Virus record (IMG/VR): IMGVR_UViG_3300020042_009006
Span: 1-60,847 of that record
Length of the DNA: 60,847 bases
Origin: a virus
Lineage: Duplodnaviria > Caudoviricetes
Strand: one strand, 5' to 3'
A model generated the notes under the pieces. It did not search any database, was not told where the DNA came from, and worked only from the letters and a program-made list of their open reading frames with translations. The first letter of the stretch is position 1. Each line of letters opens with the position of its first letter. The position numbers and the translations under genes are program-made. Positions 57,291 through 60,847 of the stretch are shown one piece after another.

Positions 57291-60200
57291 GTGTCTGACT
57301 ACCTAAGAGATGTCTTAGGTGCTGGTAATCCTTATTCTGCTCAGCCCCTAGGACTGGTTGCTGATTCCGGTCCGGATATTCCGGGCGGGGAGGGTGCCAA
57401 CAAAGGTTTCTGGCGTAGGCAGTTAAAAGATCGTCTTATGCGATTTGCCAAAATGTATGGCAACGTATTGTTCGATGTCGAGATAGAAAACATAGGCCGA
57501 GTTTCAGGTCACGGGCAAATTATTGATGCCGTTGCATCTAACATTGCACTAATTCGTATAAAAAATCACCCTATCCTAGGCGACATGGATTTACCAATCC
57601 CGTCTACCCAGTTCGAGGTAGTTGACGCCATTATTCCAGATGCGGACTACGAACGTATCAGCGGCAATGACGTTACACCAAATAACGAGCCAACTCCCGA
57701 ACTAAAAGACTCAATTACTGGAGACGAAGCTCTTCAAAAGATTTATGGCCAGATGGGCCTTCACGCTAAAAAGTCTGGAAGATTTGCTGTTGGACGTAGC
57801 GTCAAAGATGTCAGAGCTGCCGCCAAAGAAACTTACAAGCCTGTTTACGAAAAGCTCAAGGTCGAGTATCCAGAGCTTGTGTCCGAGTTCCCTGACTACG
57901 AGTCCTACTGGGACTATGCTTCAAGTAGTCTTGCAGCTGGAGTCTTCACTAGGTGGGCTGACTCAGTTGACGAGATCCCTGAACTAACTAAGGCCAGCAA
58001 CAAAATCTATGCCAGAGAAATCCTTGGTCTCAAGGAAGACGGCATGATTGAGTTTTATCGTAACTCTATAAATCACAAGAGCAGCGAAGAACTTGCTGGT
58101 GCTGGTTATGCGTCCCTAGACCGCCGCATGGCCTGGGACTACAACTCTTATTTGATTAAGTACGAAGACAATGGGCTTACTGAAAATGATGGACGATACA
58201 CTGTCAGAGCAAAACCAGACGAAGTAACTGGACTTCTCGGTATCAGCGGAGCTGAAGACGAGTATGGTGTTGTAATCGGTCTTGATGTCACTTCTCAGCC
58301 TGGTCGCGTTACACGAGTAGGCGATCTAGAGATGCAGCAGGTTGCCCCATGGAGCAATGACATTCAGACATTCGACCGAAGTGGCGGTGGCTCTCCATTT
58401 AGACGCGTTAGCCCAGCTTCTCAGTTTGAGGTATTTGCTACTGAAACCCCGGTTCCAGGGGAAAACTACTCGGACTTCTATGAAGCTTTTAATCTTGATA
58501 AAGAATCTAGACCCATTCCAACCAAGTGGGATGAAATGTTTGGCGAAGGATCATTCGACGCCTTGAATGGTGACTACCCAGGTTATAGAAGTATTCAACG
58601 TCTTTTTATTGATGCCGGTGATGGCAAAGTTGGTCTAGACATGATGGAGTTAGATCAGATCAGTTCCCGTGATTCTCAGGATCCGCAGGCAAATGACACC
58701 TACGACAAAACTCTAAAAATGCTTTCTGTTATTCAGGAGCTTTCTGGTAAAACCTTTATGGTACATCGCGGGCATAATCCAGATGACCCACGATTAGATG
58801 AAGTTAAAGACAAAGAACCTGCTGTAAACGTAATAGATTTTTCTAACTTTGAAAAGGTCTCAGGGCAGCTAGGCTCTAACCCTGGTGGCGTCTACAGGGA
58901 TCCAGAAACTGGCAACCAGTATTATGTCAAGATTCAAGACAAGGATCGTGGTAACAATGAAGCACTGGCATCTGCAATCTATAAAGAAGCTGACTTAGGA
59001 ACTTTAGAAGTTAAAGACGGAATCTTAGACGGTGAACCAATAACATATACCGAGTGGAAAGAAGGGTTAACTCCACTATTTGGACCTAAAGCAAATGATT
59101 TAGGCTACTCCAAGCGTCAGGAAGCTTTAGATGCTGCAAAAGAGGGCTATTTAATCGATGCCTGGATTGCCAACTGGGATATTGTTGGTGAGGGTCTAGA
59201 CAATATCAGTACAGATAAAGACAGTAATCCTATACGACTTGATTCTGGAGGTGCTCTACTTTATAGAGCTAGGGGTTCAAGAAAAGGCGGTGCATTTGGC
59301 GATGAGGTCGTAGAGCTAGAGACATTTAAAGATAGTTCCAATACTGCTGAGTTAATGTATGGGAGTATGTATCTTTTTCCAAAAGCGGAGCGGGACTCTT
59401 ACGAAAAACTAAAAGCTATTAGTCCCGAACGTATTGACCAGCTAGTTGACCAGTATATCTCTAACCCGGACGACAACAAAGAGCTAAAGGATAAGCTTAA
59501 GGCTCGTCGTCAGTTTATTCTTGACAAATATGAAAATAGCTATTTACTCACTGGTTCTGAGTCAAAGCTTTACGGGTCAAAAACTACTCAGAATATTTCT
59601 AAGGAAGATAAAAAAGCAGTTAATAACTACACCAATGCCGGACACCGATATATAAATAAATATTTACGTGATCCAGAAAATCCTGAATATCAAAAATCTA
59701 AAGAATCTGCTGAAAAGCTAAATAATATTATTAAAGACAATACTTTAATTGAAGACACTACTCTTCTTAGAGTCGCTGGAAACTTTGATGAAGATTACCA
59801 GCCAGGTGACATTATAGAAGATGCCGGAATTCAAAGTACAACTAAGGTTGGACGTTCTGCAATCCACTCCACTGTTATGGACAAACTCTATCCTGGTGAT
59901 CCCGAAGCAGCAGAATTCCTAGGCTACACAACGTACACAATTAAAGCCCCTGCAGGAACTCCCGCACTTGATGTTACGGACATGAGCCAGTTCAGAAGCG
60001 AGGGAGAGGTTCTTCTTCCTGCTGGAACAAAGTTCAAGGTCCTGTCTTACGAGCGTAAACCAGTGAGCGAGTTTGGAGGCAGCTACAGAAATATAACCGT
60101 TGAAGTAGTTACTGACCAAGAGGTAGAAGAACTTTCTAAGCCTAACGTAGAGCAACCTGTTGACTCTGCCCCCGAAAAGCCCGTGCCAACATCTGCAGTT

Positions 60201-60847
60201 CTTGACCGCTTAATTAAAGACGGAGTTGTTTACTTAGATTCAATTCCAGACAGCACTATTGTAAGTGACCTAAGTGTTGACGATATACCCGAGGATCAAA
60301 GAAGAGCTTTATCAACATATTCAGGTAGTGATTATCAGGTAATTAATAATCTATTAAGATTTGGTCCTGAAAGTGCATATACTCCAACTAAAAGTATCAA
60401 TAAAGTAGTTAAAAATCTTGATGACTTAATTGAATCTAAAGGAACTGTAGAATCAGACAGCGTTGTTTTTAGGGGAATGATTGAGACAGAAAGATATGAG
60501 GATAGCGACATTCTTATGTCAGAGATGCTTGATGATTTAAAACCTGGTGATGTAATTTCAGACCCTGCATTCCTTTCTACTAGCTCTGATAAAAATGTTG
60601 CATTACGTAAATTTGGGCCAGGCAACATGACAGACGAGGACTCAGAACTTGATGCATCAAATCCAGTGTATCAATCCTCATCATTTTGGGTAATCAAAGT
60701 TCCAGGGGGGTCTAAGGCATTTGCTACGCCAGAAAAAGGCTTTGGCTACGCAAGTATTGAAAAAGAAGTTCTTTTACCTAGAAATACTCAGTTAAGAATT
60801 GATGGTATTAAGAAGGTTGCTCAGGAAGAAGAGGGCGGCGAAAACGG
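57291..60847 (+). CDS. Large multidomain protein, truncated by window end: atypical kinase-like domain plus two VIP2/Alt-type ADP-ribosyltransferase domains
   Basis: Open frame from GTG 57291 to the end; GSNPGG..YYVK..NE..DAWIANWD..DN..RLDSGG; LLR..QSTT..EGEVLLP; VFRG..FLSTS..EKEVLLP. Confidence 0.85.
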   Translation, partial: MSDYLRDVLGAGNPYSAQPLGLVADSGPDIPGGEGANKGFWRRQLKDRLMRFAKMYGNVLFDVEIENIGRVSGHGQIIDAVASNIALIRIKNHPILGDMDLPIPSTQFEVVDAIIPDADYERISGNDVTPNNEPTPELKDSITGDEALQKIYGQMGLHAKKSGRFAVGRSVKDVRAAAKETYKPVYEKLKVEYPELVSEFPDYESYWDYASSSLAAGVFTRWADSVDEIPELTKASNKIYAREILGLKEDGMIEFYRNSINHKSSEELAGAGYASLDRRMAWDYNSYLIKYEDNGLTENDGRYTVRAKPDEVTGLLGISGAEDEYGVVIGLDVTSQPGRVTRVGDLEMQQVAPWSNDIQTFDRSGGGSPFRRVSPASQFEVFATETPVPGENYSDFYEAFNLDKESRPIPTKWDEMFGEGSFDALNGDYPGYRSIQRLFIDAGDGKVGLDMMELDQISSRDSQDPQANDTYDKTLKMLSVIQELSGKTFMVHRGHNPDDPRLDEVKDKEPAVNVIDFSNFEKVSGQLGSNPGGVYRDPETGNQYYVKIQDKDRGNNEALASAIYKEADLGTLEVKDGILDGEPITYTEWKEGLTPLFGPKANDLGYSKRQEALDAAKEGYLIDAWIANWDIVGEGLDNISTDKDSNPIRLDSGGALLYRARGSRKGGAFGDEVVELETFKDSSNTAELMYGSMYLFPKAERDSYEKLKAISPERIDQLVDQYISNPDDNKELKDKLKARRQFILDKYENSYLLTGSESKLYGSKTTQNISKEDKKAVNNYTNAGHRYINKYLRDPENPEYQKSKESAEKLNNIIKDNTLIEDTTLLRVAGNFDEDYQPGDIIEDAGIQSTTKVGRSAIHSTVMDKLYPGDPEAAEFLGYTTYTIKAPAGTPALDVTDMSQFRSEGEVLLPAGTKFKVLSYERKPVSEFGGSYRNITVEVVTDQEVEELSKPNVEQPVDSAPEKPVPTSAVLDRLIKDGVVYLDSIPDSTIVSDLSVDDIPEDQRRALSTYSGSDYQVINNLLRFGPESAYTPTKSINKVVKNLDDLIESKGTVESDSVVFRGMIETERYEDSDILMSEMLDDLKPGDVISDPAFLSTSSDKNVALRKFGPGNMTDEDSELDASNPVYQSSSFWVIKVPGGSKAFATPEKGFGYASIEKEVLLPRNTQLRIDGIKKVAQEEEGGEN

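Noticed and set aside
57745-60628. Short track ORFs at the right end
   Set aside because: All lie within the long open frame starting at 57291.

Overview
This window is a fragment of a large dsDNA tailed phage genome. The host is very probably an actinobacterium, inferred from two WhiB proteins, a WhiA-type HTH, a ClgR-like regulator, a tmRNA tag ending FALAA and several leaderless genes. Layout: (1) 0.2-15.5 kb nucleotide, B12 and sugar metabolism (class II RNR, PduO, NrdH, ThyX, dCMP deaminase, dNMP kinase, PMM, PMI, glycosyltransferase) with tmRNA, 4 tRNAs and structured ncRNA candidates; (2) 15.7-21.4 kb minus-strand lysis/surface module; (3) 21.8-27.8 kb small genes, palindrome-rich towards the right end; (4) about 27.8-48.3 kb an array of roughly 24 small self-contained expression cassettes. 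Each cassette boundary carries an invariant ATTTTTCATTTTT box, usually after a terminator hairpin and before a promoter and a GATAGGA or GAAAGGAC start motif. This block is nearly devoid of 4-bp palindromes, is rich in a strand-polar ACACGG motif, and has 3'-UTR hairpins whose loops are exact antisense copies of the block's own ribosome-binding motifs; (5) 48.3-50.3 kb largely non-coding DNA with a 10-bp-period TGTC array; (6) 50.3-60.8 kb terminase, portal, Dps and a >1180-aa kinase plus multi-ADP-ribosyltransferase protein that runs off the window and is missing from the ORF track. The best candidate for an undescribed system is the cassette array with its motif set, possibly linked to a phage WhiB-WhiA(HTH) fusion regulator at 10244-10768. 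All family calls come from motif recognition and all counts from manual reading; no database searches were run.
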